Positions 31,247 through 42,200 of a DNA stretch of 64,000 nt are shown here, in pieces (position 1 is the first letter of the stretch; each line of letters opens with the position of its first letter). Below the pieces are notes generated by a model. It saw only the letters and a program-made list of their open reading frames with translations, made no database searches and was not told the origin of the DNA. Position numbers and translations under genes: made by a program. Source of the DNA: an uncultured candidatus Porisulfidus sp. Lineage in GTDB: Bacteria > Pseudomonadota > Gammaproteobacteria > Poriferisulfidales > Poriferisulfidaceae. The stretch is from NCBI GenBank assembly GCA_965204575.1, contig OZ241993.1, positions 1,752,664 to 1,816,663 on the forward strand. The letters are read 5' to 3'.

Positions 31247-31492
31247 TCAAATGCCCGGCCCGCCGTAGATGAAGTTTCGCAATTCAGGCCAAGAATACTG
31301 CTCAAAGGGGTCACTTGCGTCCGGGTCTCCAACCCTAAGATCAGAAAGGGTGTATTTGCTACCGGGAGTTGAAGGCGGAAGTAGGTTGCGAAGCCCTTCC
31401 TCTACGGCGGCATGCAAGGGCTTCCCCGTTTCTTTTGCTTAGCGCTTGGCCCGGGTGAGCAATTCGTCGTGAATGTCTAGTGTTATCTTCAT
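31247..31492 (-). pseudogene. VapB/DUF2191-like antitoxin with in-frame TAA at codon 18
   Basis: MKITLDIHDELLTRAKR*AKETGKPLHAAVEEGLR...SWPELRNFIYGG; stop at 31439-31441. Confidence 0.72.
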
Positions 31493-31663
31493 GACCACCA
31501 TCTGACTCATATGTAAAGAGCAGGGGAATGGTTTACTGATTCCTGCTGCATTGGACGGAAGTCTTCTCGGACAACACGGCATCCCGGGAAAATCATACTA
31601 TTTATAATTGGCCACGTTATCCATACTTCCTGCGTTCATAGCCTTTCAGGCTTCTCCCCCTCA

Positions 31664-32251
31664 ATGCGCCCCCTTATCCTCGGCAGCAGTTCTCCTTATC
31701 GCCGGGAACTCCTCGAACGCCTGCACTTGGATTTCACGGTGGACGCTCCCGACATCGACGAAACGCCCCAGCCCAGCGAGACAGCCCCGGATTATGTCCG
31801 GCGGCTTGCTCACGAGAAGGCCGAGGAAGTCGGAAGCCGGCATCAGGACGCCCTCGTCATCAGCAGCGACCAGTGCGCGGAACTGAACGGGCAATTGCTC
31901 GGCAAACCTGGCACACACGACGCGGCCGTGGAGCAATTACGCCGGTTGAGCGGGCAGGAAGCGACTTTTTTGACCGGGCTGTGCCTGCTCGACACCGGAA
32001 ACGGCACGTGCCACTACTCCGAATCCCGCCACACGGCGTACTACAAGGAGTTGGGCGAGGATGCGATCGAGCACTACCTGCAGAGCGAACAGCCCTACAA
32101 CTGCACTGCGAGTTTCAAATCCGAAGGGCTCGGCATCAGCCTGGTGCACCACATCAGCGGCGACGACCCGACGGCCCTGATCGGCCTGCCGATGATCCGT
32201 TTGATTGAAATGCTGCGGGAAGCGGGTCTTGATATCCCGGGCGCGGACTAG
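31664..32251 (+). CDS. Maf family nucleotide pyrophosphatase (YceF type)
   Basis: LILGSSSPYRRELL, SSDQ, GKPG and DPTALIGLP motifs. Confidence 0.92.
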   Translation: MRPLILGSSSPYRRELLERLHLDFTVDAPDIDETPQPSETAPDYVRRLAHEKAEEVGSRHQDALVISSDQCAELNGQLLGKPGTHDAAVEQLRRLSGQEATFLTGLCLLDTGNGTCHYSESRHTAYYKELGEDAIEHYLQSEQPYNCTASFKSEGLGISLVHHISGDDPTALIGLPMIRLIEMLREAGLDIPGAD

Positions 32252-33171
32252 AACCGCACCGGGTTACGCAACCAGGATTCCGCCATCTGGCCCAGCCGGG
32301 CTCCGACCCGGTCCGCCACGCGCTCCAGGAAATCCGGCTCATAGGTGTAATTCACCACTGTCTCGGCTCCGACCTGGTCGCGCGCAACCTGCGCGACATC
32401 CGAAAATCCATCCACCAGCCCCATCTCCTGCGCCTGATCGCCGGTCCAGATCCGCCCGTCGAACACCTCTTCGTCCAAGGCCGTCAAACGGTCTCCCCGG
32501 GCCTCCTTGACGGCGTTCTCGAACCGTTGGTGGATCCGGTCCACCAGGTCCTGAAGATGCGCCTCGGCCTCCGGATCCTGCGGCAGGAACGGATCGAGCA
32601 TCGCCTTGTGCCGCCCGGAAGCCGTCACGCGCCGCTCAATGCCCCATTCCTCAATCAGTTCGGCGAAGCCAAACCCGCTGGCGATCACGCCGATAGAACC
32701 GACCAGGCTGGAACCGTTGACGTAGATCTCGTCTGCCTCGACGGCAATGTAGTAGGCGGCAGACGCGCACAGGTCCTCGACCACCGCATAGATTTTCTTT
32801 TCCGGGAATTCCGCCTTCAGCCTCTGGATCTCCGCACTAATGCGATCCGCCTGGACGGGAGACCCGCCAGGGCTGTTGATGCGCAACACCACCCCTTTTG
32901 CCTGTTCTTCCTCGAATGCCTCGCGCAGCGATTGGTTGATGAATTCCGCGCTGGCCGGAGCCTGGGGCACGATTGGGCCGAACACGTCGATCCGGGCGGT
33001 ATGCGCATCCTGCCTCGGCAACGAGGACTCCCCTCCGAGCATCGCGAGCAGGATCAGCAACAGGAGTAGGAACGGAATCGCGGCGAACGCGGTCCGCCAG
33101 CGCCGGGCGCGACGGGTTTCGGCGGTCAGTTCGCGAACCGCGACGACGAGAGCGGATTCTTCTTCATCCAT
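32248..33171 (-). CDS. S49 family signal peptide peptidase (SppA-like)
   Basis: LRINSPGGSP, ASAAYYIA and GSIGVI motifs. Confidence 0.92.
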   Translation of the reverse strand: MDEEESALVVAVRELTAETRRARRWRTAFAAIPFLLLLLILLAMLGGESSLPRQDAHTARIDVFGPIVPQAPASAEFINQSLREAFEEEQAKGVVLRINSPGGSPVQADRISAEIQRLKAEFPEKKIYAVVEDLCASAAYYIAVEADEIYVNGSSLVGSIGVIASGFGFAELIEEWGIERRVTASGRHKAMLDPFLPQDPEAEAHLQDLVDRIHQRFENAVKEARGDRLTALDEEVFDGRIWTGDQAQEMGLVDGFSDVAQVARDQVGAETVVNYTYEPDFLERVADRVGARLGQMAESWLRNPVRF

Positions 33172-33183
33172 GGCAGCTTTCCT

Positions 33184-34101
33184 CTAGGACTCTGATTGTA
33201 CTGAATCTTCGGGATCGGCCATCAGGCGCCGAGGCTGGAGCCATCCCGTCTCCAGTACTTCGGCCACACCGAAAAACTGGCCCTGCGCATCCTGCAATTT
33301 CCAGAATCCCGCAGATCCCTCGTGAACGATCTGCTGCCCCTTGCGCAACGCGGCCTCCTCGCTCGCCGTGCAGGAATGAACCGGCCATTCGGGCAGCACC
33401 GCATCCGCAGGGAGCAATCGCGCCAGGCGCGCTTCCTCGGAATCGGCCTCGACCTGCTCCAGGCTCACCGCCTGGGATCCGTCAAAAACCCCGAGCTCCG
33501 TGCGCCACAGTTGGCTCACGTATGCCCCACAACCCAACGCCCGGCCGATATCGTGTCCCAGCGAGCGCACATACATGCCCTTGCCGCAGGAAACCTCAAG
33601 CTCCCACTCCTCCCGGCGGTCCGCAAGCAACTCCAGCCGGTCGATCCTTACCTCGCGGGGAGGCCGGTCGACCACCTTGCCTTCGCGAGCCAGTTCGTAC
33701 AGGCGCCGCCCTTCGCTGTGGAGCGCGGAATACATCGGCGGGACCTGTTGGATCGTCCCAGTAAAGCGGGACAGCAGGTCTTCGATCTCGGTGCGCTCCA
33801 GCGAGGGGATTTCGGCACAGGGCGGAGCCGCCGCCAAGCTTTCCGCATCATGGCTGTCCGTCTCCCGGCCCAGCCGGATCGTGAACCGGTAGGATTTCGG
33901 GGCATCCAGCAGGTAGGCGCACCAGCGGGTGGCCGGGCCCAGGGCGATGGCGAGGAGCCCGCTCGCCAACGGGTCGAGGGTGCCCGCATGTCCGGCACGC
34001 TTCGCCTGGAAGAGGCGCTTGATTCGGGATACGGCACGGGTCGAACTCAGCCCGACCGGCTTGTCCAGCAGCAACCAGCCGCAGGGCACAGGTGGAGTCA
34101 C
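33184..34101 (-). CDS. truB: tRNA pseudouridine(55) synthase
   Basis: GHAGTLDPLASG, QVPPMYSA and G.YVRSL motifs. Confidence 0.96.
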   Translation of the reverse strand: MTPPVPCGWLLLDKPVGLSSTRAVSRIKRLFQAKRAGHAGTLDPLASGLLAIALGPATRWCAYLLDAPKSYRFTIRLGRETDSHDAESLAAAPPCAEIPSLERTEIEDLLSRFTGTIQQVPPMYSALHSEGRRLYELAREGKVVDRPPREVRIDRLELLADRREEWELEVSCGKGMYVRSLGHDIGRALGCGAYVSQLWRTELGVFDGSQAVSLEQVEADSEEARLARLLPADAVLPEWPVHSCTASEEAALRKGQQIVHEGSAGFWKLQDAQGQFFGVAEVLETGWLQPRRLMADPEDSVQSES

Positions 34102-34463
34102 GGAGCCGTCTTGGCGCGGGTGGATGTCTCCAGAAGACTTTCGATCCGCTCCGCCCGGTCCTCGGTATCGTCCAGGACGAAGCGCAGCTTCGGCACATAG
34201 CGCAGACCGCCACGATCGCCGATCAACCGACGAAAGAACGGCGTGCTGCGTGCGAACCCGGCTTCGATTTCCGCGCGCCGGCTCGAATCCGGCGTTTCCG
34301 CGCTGATGACGTACACGGTGGCATGCTTCAGGTCCCGGCTCATGACGACCTCGGAAACCGTCAGCCGCCGCAGGCGCGGATCGTTGACTTCATGCAGCAA
34401 GGCCGGGCCGAGAAGCCTGCGAACCTGTTCGCCCACCGCCACCGGGCGCTGTCCGGGGATCAC
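34098..34463 (-). CDS. rbfA: Ribosome-binding factor A
   Basis: DPRL..LTVSEV.MSRDL..A.VY and LRYVPKLRF motifs; between infB and truB. Confidence 0.92.
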   Translation of the reverse strand: MIPGQRPVAVGEQVRRLLGPALLHEVNDPRLRRLTVSEVVMSRDLKHATVYVISAETPDSSRRAEIEAGFARSTPFFRRLIGDRGGLRYVPKLRFVLDDTEDRAERIESLLETSTRAKTAP

Positions 34464-34472
34464 TGCGTTCTC

Positions 34473-36878
34473 CTAGAGCGTGCGAGCGGTCTCCACGCGC
34501 CGGTAGACCTCGATCTGGTCTCCCACCTGGACATCGTTGTAGTTCACCACGGCGATGCCGCACTCGGTTCCGGCCTGCACTTCCCCGACGTCCTCCTTGT
34601 GGCGGCGCAGGGACTCGAGTTCCCCCTCGTAAATGACCACGTTCTCGCGCAGCACCCGGATCGGGTAGCCTCGCTGGACCATGCCTTCGGCGACCCGGCA
34701 CCCGGCCACCGGCCCCATCTTGCTGGAACGGAATACTTCCAGCACTTCGGCCAAGCCCATGATCTCTTCGCGAACCTCCGGCGCCAGCTGCTTCTCGAGC
34801 AGCGCCTTGACGTCGTCAATCAGTTCGTAGATTACGTTGTAGTAGCGCAAATCGAGGTTTCGATCCGCGATGGTGCGTCGCGCCGCATTGTCGGCGCGGA
34901 CATTGAAGCCCAGCAGGATGGATTTGGAAGCATCCGCCAGCAGGGCGTCCGATTCGTTGATGCCGCCGATCCCCGAGAGCACGATCTTGATCTGCGCCTC
35001 GTCGGTGGAGAGTTTCTCCAGCGACTCGCGCAGGGCTTCGCCACTGCCCCGCACATCCGTCTTGATGATCAGGTTGAGGGCTGCCTTCTGCTCCTCGTCC
35101 ATCTGCGCCACCCAGGCCAAGCCGGCCTCGCGGGGCTCATCCGTCTGCAGGTGTCGCACGGCTTCCTTGCGGTGATCCACAATTTCCCGCGCCTTCTGCT
35201 CGTCGGCCACCACATGCATCGGGTCGCCTGCCTGAGGCACGCCCGACAGGCCCAGCACCAGGACCGGAAACGCTGGCCCCGCCTGCTCAACCTTCTGGCC
35301 ACTGTCGTCGAACATTCCCTTGACGCGTCCGTACTCCTGGCCGCACAGCAGCAAGTCGCGCTGGCGCAAGCAACCTTCCTGGACCAGGACCGTCACGGTC
35401 GCGCCCCGGCCACGATCCAGGCTGGATTCGACGACCACGCCGCGGGCCATCCCCTCGGCTGGCGCCTTCAAATCCAACACTTCCGCCTGCAGGGTGATCG
35501 CCTCCAGCAGCGAATCCATCCCCTCCCCGGTCTTGGCCGAAACCTGGACGAACATGGTGTCGCCTCCCCAGTCTTCGGGCTGCACACCGAGCGCCGAAAG
35601 CCCGGTCCGAACCTTTTCGGGATCCGCATTGTCGCGATCGATCTTGTTGACCGCCACGATGATCGGGACTTCCGCGTCGCGGGCATGCTGGACCGCCTCT
35701 TCGGTCTGCGGCTTCACGCCATCGTCGGCGGCCACCACCAGCACGATGAGGTCCGTGCACCGCGCACCGCGCCCGCGCATGGCGGTAAACGCGGCATGGC
35801 CCGGCGTGTCCAGGAACGTGATCTTGCCGTTCGGAGTCTCCAGCTGGTAGGCCCCGATATGCTGGGTAATCCCGCCCGCTTCACCAGCGGCAACCCGGGT
35901 TTTTCTCAGGTAGTCCAGCAACGAGGTCTTGCCGTGGTCGACATGGCCCATGACCGTCACCACGGGCGGTCGCGACACGGGGTCGCCGGTCGGCACGCAA
36001 TCCACCAGCAGATCGGCTTCCACATCCTCGACATGCACCCGCTGCACCTTGTGGCCCATGTTCTCGACCACCAGCTCCGCGGTATCGGGATCCAGCGAAT
36101 CGTTGATGGTCGCCGTCTCGCCCAGATCCATCAGCGTCTTGATTACCGCCGAGGCCTTGACCGCCATCGCCATCGCCAGTTCCGCCACCGTCACGGGCCC
36201 GGCCAGGGCGACTTCCCGGACGATCTGTGCCGTCGGTTCCGTGAATTGATGCTTGTTGTCGACCACCACCCGGGCCTGTTTCTTCGCGCGCGGCTTGCGC
36301 GTCCGGCGCTGGTCGTCGATATGCAGCTGGCCGCGGTGCCGTTCCCGGCTCGGGCCCGGCTTGCCGCGGGGTTCCCGGTCTTCCCGGAGCTTGGCGCGGG
36401 GTTTCGCCTTCCGCCCGGCACGGGGCGCGGCACCCGCTGCGGGCTTACGTTTCTCTTCTCCGGGCTGTGCTTCGGGCTTCGCTTTCTTCTCTTTCGGTTC
36501 CGCCTGTTGGGCCTCGGCCGGAACCTCGGCTGGAGCGTCCGGCGGAGACTCGGGAGCCGGTTCCGGCTCCGGCGCCTTCTCGGGGGCCTCGATCTTGGGC
36601 CGCACCAGGCGGTATTTGCCCTTGACCTTGACCTTGACCCGATTGCGCCCGGGTCCGCCGGTCCGCGGAATCTCTACCTGGCCCGCCGACGGCCGGGACT
36701 GCACCAGGGTCGCGCCCGTGGGCCCGCCATTGCGCATGTAGCGCACCAGTTGTTTCTTGTCGTCGTCGCTGAGCGTGTCCTGCTCGTCCTTTTTGGCCAA
36801 CCCGGCATGCCGGCACATCGCGAGCAACTGCTCGGGCGACATGCGCAGGGAAGGAGCGTATTCAGCGATCGTGGCCAT
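34473..36878 (-). CDS. infB: Translation initiation factor IF-2
   Basis: [29 protein letters not shown] and NKID motifs. Confidence 0.98.
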   Translation of the reverse strand: MATIAEYAPSLRMSPEQLLAMCRHAGLAKKDEQDTLSDDDKKQLVRYMRNGGPTGATLVQSRPSAGQVEIPRTGGPGRNRVKVKVKGKYRLVRPKIEAPEKAPEPEPAPESPPDAPAEVPAEAQQAEPKEKKAKPEAQPGEEKRKPAAGAAPRAGRKAKPRAKLREDREPRGKPGPSRERHRGQLHIDDQRRTRKPRAKKQARVVVDNKHQFTEPTAQIVREVALAGPVTVAELAMAMAVKASAVIKTLMDLGETATINDSLDPDTAELVVENMGHKVQRVHVEDVEADLLVDCVPTGDPVSRPPVVTVMGHVDHGKTSLLDYLRKTRVAAGEAGGITQHIGAYQLETPNGKITFLDTPGHAAFTAMRGRGARCTDLIVLVVAADDGVKPQTEEAVQHARDAEVPIIVAVNKIDRDNADPEKVRTGLSALGVQPEDWGGDTMFVQVSAKTGEGMDSLLEAITLQAEVLDLKAPAEGMARGVVVESSLDRGRGATVTVLVQEGCLRQRDLLLCGQEYGRVKGMFDDSGQKVEQAGPAFPVLVLGLSGVPQAGDPMHVVADEQKAREIVDHRKEAVRHLQTDEPREAGLAWVAQMDEEQKAALNLIIKTDVRGSGEALRESLEKLSTDEAQIKIVLSGIGGINESDALLADASKSILLGFNVRADNAARRTIADRNLDLRYYNVIYELIDDVKALLEKQLAPEVREEIMGLAEVLEVFRSSKMGPVAGCRVAEGMVQRGYPIRVLRENVVIYEGELESLRRHKEDVGEVQAGTECGIAVVNYNDVQVGDQIEVYRRVETARTL

Positions 36879-36893
36879 CTTGATTGATCCCGA

Positions 36894-38381
36894 TCAGGCC
36901 TCCGGCAGCTGCATTACCAGGTTTTCGCGCGCCTTCATGATCAGGGCGCCTGCCCGCTCTTCGTCCAGCGACTCGATCTCAGGCAACTCGTCCAGGGCCA
37001 GTTCCGCCAGTTGCCGCCGCGTGGTAATGCCGTGCAGGGCCAACTGCATGGCCAGGTCGGGATCCATTCCCTCCACGTTGAGGATGTCCTCATCCTCTGC
37101 CATCTCCGCACTCTGCGCCAGGCTGTCCTGCGCCCGTTCCTTCAGTTCAGCCACCACCTGCTCGTTGAACTCGTCGATCAGCAGCAGGTCCTGATCCGGC
37201 ACGTACGCAAGCTCCTGGACTTCCCGGAAGCCGTTCTCTACCAGGATCCCTGCAATATGCTCGTCGACATCCAGCTCTTCCTGGAACCGCTCTTCGAGCA
37301 CCCGCTGCTCCTGATCGCTCTTCTCCCGCAGTTCCTGCGCCGTCATGACGTTCAGCGTCCAGCCGGTCAACTGGCTCGCCAGGCGGACGTTCTGCCCGTT
37401 CCGGCCGATCGCCTGCGACAGGCGCTCTTCCTCGACCGCAATATCCATGACCTGGTTCTCCTCATCCTGGACGATCTCGTCGACCGAAGGGAGCGACATG
37501 GCGTTGATCACGTACTGCGCCGAATTTTCGTGCCAGGTAATGATGTCGATGCGTTCACCGGACAGTTCGTTGGAGACCGCCTGCACACGGGAACCGCGCA
37601 TGCCCACGCAGGCACCGACTGGATCCAGCCGGGAGTCGTTGGTGCGCACCGCGATCTTGGCGCGGATTCCGGGGTCCCGCGCAGCAGCCACGATCTCGAT
37701 CAGCCCCTGTTCGATCTCCGGGACTTCCAGGTGGAACAGTTGGACCAGGAACTCCGGCACGGTCCGGGACAGGATCAACTGCGGGCCGCGGGTTTCCTGG
37801 CGCACTTCGCGCAGGTAGGCGCGAAGCCGGTCGCCGGTGCGGATGATTTCGCGCTGGATGGTGTCCTCGCGCGGAATGAACCCTTCCGTGTTCCCGCCCA
37901 GGTCGATGTAGGCGCCGGCATGCTCGACCCGCTTGACGATGCCGATCAGCAGGTCGCCGACCTTGTCTTCATAGGCTTCCGCGATCTGCGCCCGTTCCGC
38001 CTCGCGCACTTTCTGCACGATGACCTGCTTGGCGGTGTGCGCGGAAATCCGCCCAATGTCCACGGAATCGATCGGCTCCTCGATGTAGTCGCCGATTTCC
38101 AGCTTCGGGTCCCGCTGCTGCGCGGTGCTCAGCAGGATCTGCCCGTCGGGCGACTGGAACTCGGGGTCGTCGTCGGCCATCACCAGCCAGCGCCGGAACG
38201 TGTCGTAGGCGCCCGTCTCCCGGTCAATGGCGATACGCACGTCGGCATCGCCGCCCAGGTTCTTGCGGGTCGCCGCCGCCAGAGCCACCTCCAGCGCATC
38301 AAAGATAATTTCGCGCTCGATGCCCTTCTCCGTAGAGACGGTGTCGACCACGGCCAGAATGTCTATACCGGCATCACTCAT
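36894..38381 (-). CDS. nusA: Transcription factor NusA
   Basis: S1/KH domains, DPVGACVGMRGSRV and AIGRNGQNVRLA motifs. Confidence 0.98.
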   Translation of the reverse strand: MSDAGIDILAVVDTVSTEKGIEREIIFDALEVALAAATRKNLGGDADVRIAIDRETGAYDTFRRWLVMADDDPEFQSPDGQILLSTAQQRDPKLEIGDYIEEPIDSVDIGRISAHTAKQVIVQKVREAERAQIAEAYEDKVGDLLIGIVKRVEHAGAYIDLGGNTEGFIPREDTIQREIIRTGDRLRAYLREVRQETRGPQLILSRTVPEFLVQLFHLEVPEIEQGLIEIVAAARDPGIRAKIAVRTNDSRLDPVGACVGMRGSRVQAVSNELSGERIDIITWHENSAQYVINAMSLPSVDEIVQDEENQVMDIAVEEERLSQAIGRNGQNVRLASQLTGWTLNVMTAQELREKSDQEQRVLEERFQEELDVDEHIAGILVENGFREVQELAYVPDQDLLLIDEFNEQVVAELKERAQDSLAQSAEMAEDEDILNVEGMDPDLAMQLALHGITTRRQLAELALDELPEIESLDEERAGALIMKARENLVMQLPEA

Positions 38382-38387
38382 CGCCAG

Positions 38388-38858
38388 TCATTCCTCCTCA
38401 TAGTGCAATCGCGCCTGGGCGATTACGTTGTAGGGAACCACGAACCTCTGTTCGTCTTCCCGGATTTCCACGGCATTGCCGTTCGCCGCCTCGATCGTCC
38501 CGAACAGGCGACGGCGTCCTTCCAGCGGCCAGCGCAGGCGTATCGACACCTGCGAATCCCGGTAGCGCTGGAAATGCTCCGGGCACAGCAGCAGGCGGTC
38601 CAGCCCCGGCGAGGATACTTCCAGCCGGTAGGCGGTCCGGATCGGGTCCGCCACGTCCAGCAGCCCGCTCACCTGGTCGCTGACGGCCGCGCAGTCGGCG
38701 TGGCTGATGCCGTCCGGGTGGTCGATGTACACGCACACCCGACCTTGGCGCACACCCAACTGGCATACCAGCCCCCACAGCTCGTAGCCCATTCTTTCGA
38801 TTTGGGGTGCGATCAGGGACCTTAATGTTTGAGTCGTGCCGTCGGCCCTCATCAACAT
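38388..38858 (-). CDS. rimP: Ribosome maturation factor RimP
   Basis: DC..VS..LD..DPI and Y.LEVSSPGLDR motifs. Confidence 0.95.
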   Translation of the reverse strand: MLMRADGTTQTLRSLIAPQIERMGYELWGLVCQLGVRQGRVCVYIDHPDGISHADCAAVSDQVSGLLDVADPIRTAYRLEVSSPGLDRLLLCPEHFQRYRDSQVSIRLRWPLEGRRRLFGTIEAANGNAVEIREDEQRFVVPYNVIAQARLHYEEE

Positions 38859-38871
38859 TCCTCCCGAACCT

Positions 38872-38898
38872 AACAGAAACCCCCTTTCGGGGGCTTCT
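38872..38898 (-). promoter_or_regulatory. rimP leader terminator-like hairpin
   Basis: Minus strand AGAAGCCCCC-GAAA-GGGGGTTTCT followed by GTT, GNRA loop, just 5' of rimP. Confidence 0.6.
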
Positions 38899-38987
38899 AT
38901 GGGAACCCAGGTTGTGTCCTGCCCCTAATTATACACGGTTCAGGCGTATGTGCCCGGTATTGAACGCAAAAATTCGGCGTATTCTAA

Positions 38988-39188
38988 TTACTTGGAGCCG
39001 GGAAATATATCCGGTTCGGGAGGCGGGAGTTCCGAGTCCGTGCCCCAAGAAGAGACCCAAGCAGCCACCTTCTCCTGCGAGATGAAGATTCCCTTATCCG
39101 CCTCTACTACGGCTTCACGAATCGCCACACGCTTATGGCTCTTCTCGTCTGCATCAATCTGAAAATTCAGTCGTTCAATCGCCATCAT
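38988..39188 (-). pseudogene. Orphan, internally shortened CopG/RHH antitoxin
   Basis: C-terminal AI.EA..EAD.G.FISQE.V.AW..SWGTD.ELP.P pattern of RelE/ParE-partner antitoxins; RHH helices appear missing; no toxin adjacent. Confidence 0.6.
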
Positions 39189-39273
39189 TCAATCCCTGCG
39201 CGCGCAATGTTTGATATCGGGGAACAGTCTACTTCATATCGGACGATATTGGGGATTAAAACCGTTCGCTGCC

Positions 39274-42096
39274 TTATTCGAAGCGGGAACTGAGCGATAC
39301 GTACGCCCGGCGCCCACGCGGGTCGGCAGTGCGCGGGTCGTAACCGCCACCAATGTTCACGTAGGGTGGATCCTCACCCGTGATGTTGAGGATTCCAGCC
39401 GTCAGGGCAGTGTCGGCATCCGGACCGAGAAGCCCGATGAGTTCCAGGCGGTACTGCAGGTCAACAGTCGTAAAGGAGTCGATTCGGTCGGTGACCGTGG
39501 CCGTGCGGCGGTACCGGTAGTCGTCCGTGTAGTTGAGCATCAGGACTGCCTGATGACTGCCGCGCTGCCAAGTCAGATTCAGGGTGCCGCGCCACTCCGG
39601 CGTGGGGCTGCCGATGTTGGCGAAGTTCAGGTAGCCGGCGCCGTCGATCTTCTGCCCGTCCGGACGGGTGATGTCGTATTCGAAGATGTGTGTCGCGTGC
39701 AGGCCGGAGAGGAAGCGACCGGCGGGTGTTTGAAATTGTCCGCGAACCGAGAAATCAAAGCCGGAAGTTCGGATTTCGTCAGTGTTGATGTAGCGGGTGT
39801 TGACGCGGGCGATGGTGCCGTCGTCCGTGCGGTCCACGCGGCTTTCGCCGCCGGCGGCGATATGCTGCGCATCGGCATTGACAACTTCCTGGGGGTTCTC
39901 GCGGGCGAGGGCATCCTCGAAACGGAAGCTCCAGTAATCCAGGTCCAGTTCCCAGTTATCCAAAGCCACGGAGCCACCCAAGTTCAGCGAGGTGGCGGTC
40001 TCCGGCTTCAGATTCCTGTTGCCGTAAGTCAAGTTGGGTACGAAGAATTGGCGTCCGTCTTCTCGGACATTGGAGTAGGATGCCTGCACACCCTGCGTCT
40101 GGTGCAGCGAGGGAGCGCGGAATGAACTGCTTGCCGAGGCACGTAGCGAGAGGAGGTCCGTCGGCATCCAGAGCAAGGACAGTTTCGGGTCGGTAGTGCT
40201 GCCGATAGCACCGCCGTAGTCCTCGTGGCGTACGCCAAGTGTCGCCTCGAAATCCGGGCTCAGGGGCAACAACACTTCGCCGAAAACGGCAATCGTATCC
40301 CGCGAGCCAGAATAATCGGGGTTGCCGCCGACAAATGAGAACTCGAAATCGTTGGATAGCTGGTTGAAGTCACCGCGGATGGATTCGTCACGATACTGGA
40401 CGCCAAGCGCATAGCCAATCGAACTGCCATCCGGCAAGGACAGGCCGTCGCCAGTCAAGACCGCTTCGAAAACATCCAGTTCGGATTCGGTTGAGGCAAT
40501 GGAATCCGCAAGCAGGTAGTTTCGCATGAAGGCCTGTTCGGCGGCCGTGCCGGAGCGCGTGCCGTCGAATTCACTGCCGTTCCAAGTCATGGCCAGCACC
40601 TTGCTGGCGACGCTGAACGGGTTGTAGAACAGGCAGACATCGCCGTCCTGGAGGTCGTCGCGGCGGTCCGGGCAGTCCGGGCCGACACCGAGCAGGCCGG
40701 TATCGTCCTCGTCGGCACCCATGGCGTTCTGCAAATGGCGATACAGGGTGTCGGGAACTCGCCAGTCGATGTTGCTGCGGGCATGAAGGAACGACGTTTC
40801 CCATGACAGGCGATCGGTTACGTCGCCTTCGGCGATCAGTGCCATGCGTCTTGTTTCGCTATCGAAGTAGTTGGTCTCAGAAGGTTCCTCGACACCGTAG
40901 ATGCGGCCGATGTAACGCAGCGCCACCGGGTCGTCATTGCTGTCTCGGAACGGGTTGCCTGGATGCGCGCCCGGAATATAGGCCAACTTGGGACTAATGG
41001 CTGGAAGGCTGGGAGAGATGGTGCGGCGGATATTGTTATGCGTGTAGCCCAATTCCGCCGTCAGGCGAATCTGCTCGCCAAGGTCGAAGCCGAGCTGGGC
41101 GAAGGCCTGAAGGCGCTCTTCTTCCGGACCCATCGTGATCTGCGGACCGTAGTCGAAGCGGCAGACGCTATGCGTGCCGGGGTTGTCGGCAAGAACCTGC
41201 GGCGGGATGTAGCTGGCAGGCGGGACGTGCTGGGTGCAATGAGGCGCGGCCGTTGTCGTGCCGGAGATCAGTTGGGTGCCATCCGCCAGCACCGTGTCGG
41301 CCAGCACAATGAAATTGCCAGGGTTGGCCGCGGAGCTCCATGACGGGGTTCTCCAGTCAACCTCGCCCATAACCAACTGGGTCCGATCCAGATAGCTCAG
41401 CGCAAACAGCAGGTTGCCGGACTCCAGGAAGTCTCGGCCGTATACGAACTCCACGCGGTCGTCCGACTGGGAACCATCGTTGGTGCGTTCGCGATGTTCG
41501 ACGGACACCTCGAAGCCTTGGTAGTCGGAGCGGGTGACGAAATTGGCAACGCCGGCGATGGCATCCGAACCGTAGACCGCGGCCGCACCGTCTTCCAGGA
41601 TCTCGACCTGCTCCAACGCAATCGTGGGCACCAGCGCCGACAAATCCACGAAACTGGAGCCGTCGATGGTAGGAAGAGCCGAGACCGCCTGCCGGCGACC
41701 GTTAAGCAAAACCAAGGTCGAGGAGACACCCAGCCCGCGAAGATTGATGTTGGAGGTGCCAACCGTGAAGTTCTGCGACAGGGAATCGGCATTGTTCTGG
41801 GCACCGGCGTTACTGGGCAACAACTGCATCAGGTCCCGGGCATCGCCGACACCCAATTTCCGTAATTCTTCAAGGTTATAACTGGTCAGCGGTGTGGCGA
41901 CGTCCTGCTGCTGCGTGCGCTTGATGCGGGAGCCGGTCACCGTCACTTGCTCGAGTTCCTCGGACGGTTCTGGAACCTCTTCGGCCAACACTCCGGAAGC
42001 GGCCAAAGCCAGCGCCAAAGCCAACGCCAACGCAACAAGGGGCAAACGCCCAGACCAGAGGGCACAGAAAGCCGGGGTCGCAGTTTTTTGAGGCAT
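39274..42096 (-). CDS. TonB-dependent receptor
   Basis: Signal peptide, TonB box EQVTVTGSRI, plug INLRGLG..TLVLLNGRR and GAAAVYGSDAIAGV.N, C-terminal GRRAYVSLSSRF. Confidence 0.95.
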   Translation of the reverse strand: MPQKTATPAFCALWSGRLPLVALALALALALAASGVLAEEVPEPSEELEQVTVTGSRIKRTQQQDVATPLTSYNLEELRKLGVGDARDLMQLLPSNAGAQNNADSLSQNFTVGTSNINLRGLGVSSTLVLLNGRRQAVSALPTIDGSSFVDLSALVPTIALEQVEILEDGAAAVYGSDAIAGVANFVTRSDYQGFEVSVEHRERTNDGSQSDDRVEFVYGRDFLESGNLLFALSYLDRTQLVMGEVDWRTPSWSSAANPGNFIVLADTVLADGTQLISGTTTAAPHCTQHVPPASYIPPQVLADNPGTHSVCRFDYGPQITMGPEEERLQAFAQLGFDLGEQIRLTAELGYTHNNIRRTISPSLPAISPKLAYIPGAHPGNPFRDSNDDPVALRYIGRIYGVEEPSETNYFDSETRRMALIAEGDVTDRLSWETSFLHARSNIDWRVPDTLYRHLQNAMGADEDDTGLLGVGPDCPDRRDDLQDGDVCLFYNPFSVASKVLAMTWNGSEFDGTRSGTAAEQAFMRNYLLADSIASTESELDVFEAVLTGDGLSLPDGSSIGYALGVQYRDESIRGDFNQLSNDFEFSFVGGNPDYSGSRDTIAVFGEVLLPLSPDFEATLGVRHEDYGGAIGSTTDPKLSLLWMPTDLLSLRASASSSFRAPSLHQTQGVQASYSNVREDGRQFFVPNLTYGNRNLKPETATSLNLGGSVALDNWELDLDYWSFRFEDALARENPQEVVNADAQHIAAGGESRVDRTDDGTIARVNTRYINTDEIRTSGFDFSVRGQFQTPAGRFLSGLHATHIFEYDITRPDGQKIDGAGYLNFANIGSPTPEWRGTLNLTWQRGSHQAVLMLNYTDDYRYRRTATVTDRIDSFTTVDLQYRLELIGLLGPDADTALTAGILNITGEDPPYVNIGGGYDPRTADPRGRRAYVSLSSRFE

Positions 42097-42200
42097 GGCA
42101 AGGCGGCGTCCTGGGCTTCGCCGCTGTCAGCAATTATAAAAAATTAGAGTTCGACCCACATCCCCTGTGAGACTTTGGATCCAGACGGTAATGAAATCTG

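Noticed and set aside
31181-31372. Plus-strand 63-aa ORF
   Set aside because: Starts inside the operator palindrome and lies antisense to the antitoxin pseudogene
34092-38825. Very long plus-strand ORFs (931 aa, 604 aa) opposite infB and nusA, and similar ones opposite dnaK, carB and the NSS transporter
   Set aside because: Antisense shadow frames expected from high-GC codon bias; no recognisable motifs
41995-42035. Ala-Leu repeat in the TonB receptor N-terminus
   Set aside because: Ordinary low-complexity signal peptide with varied codons
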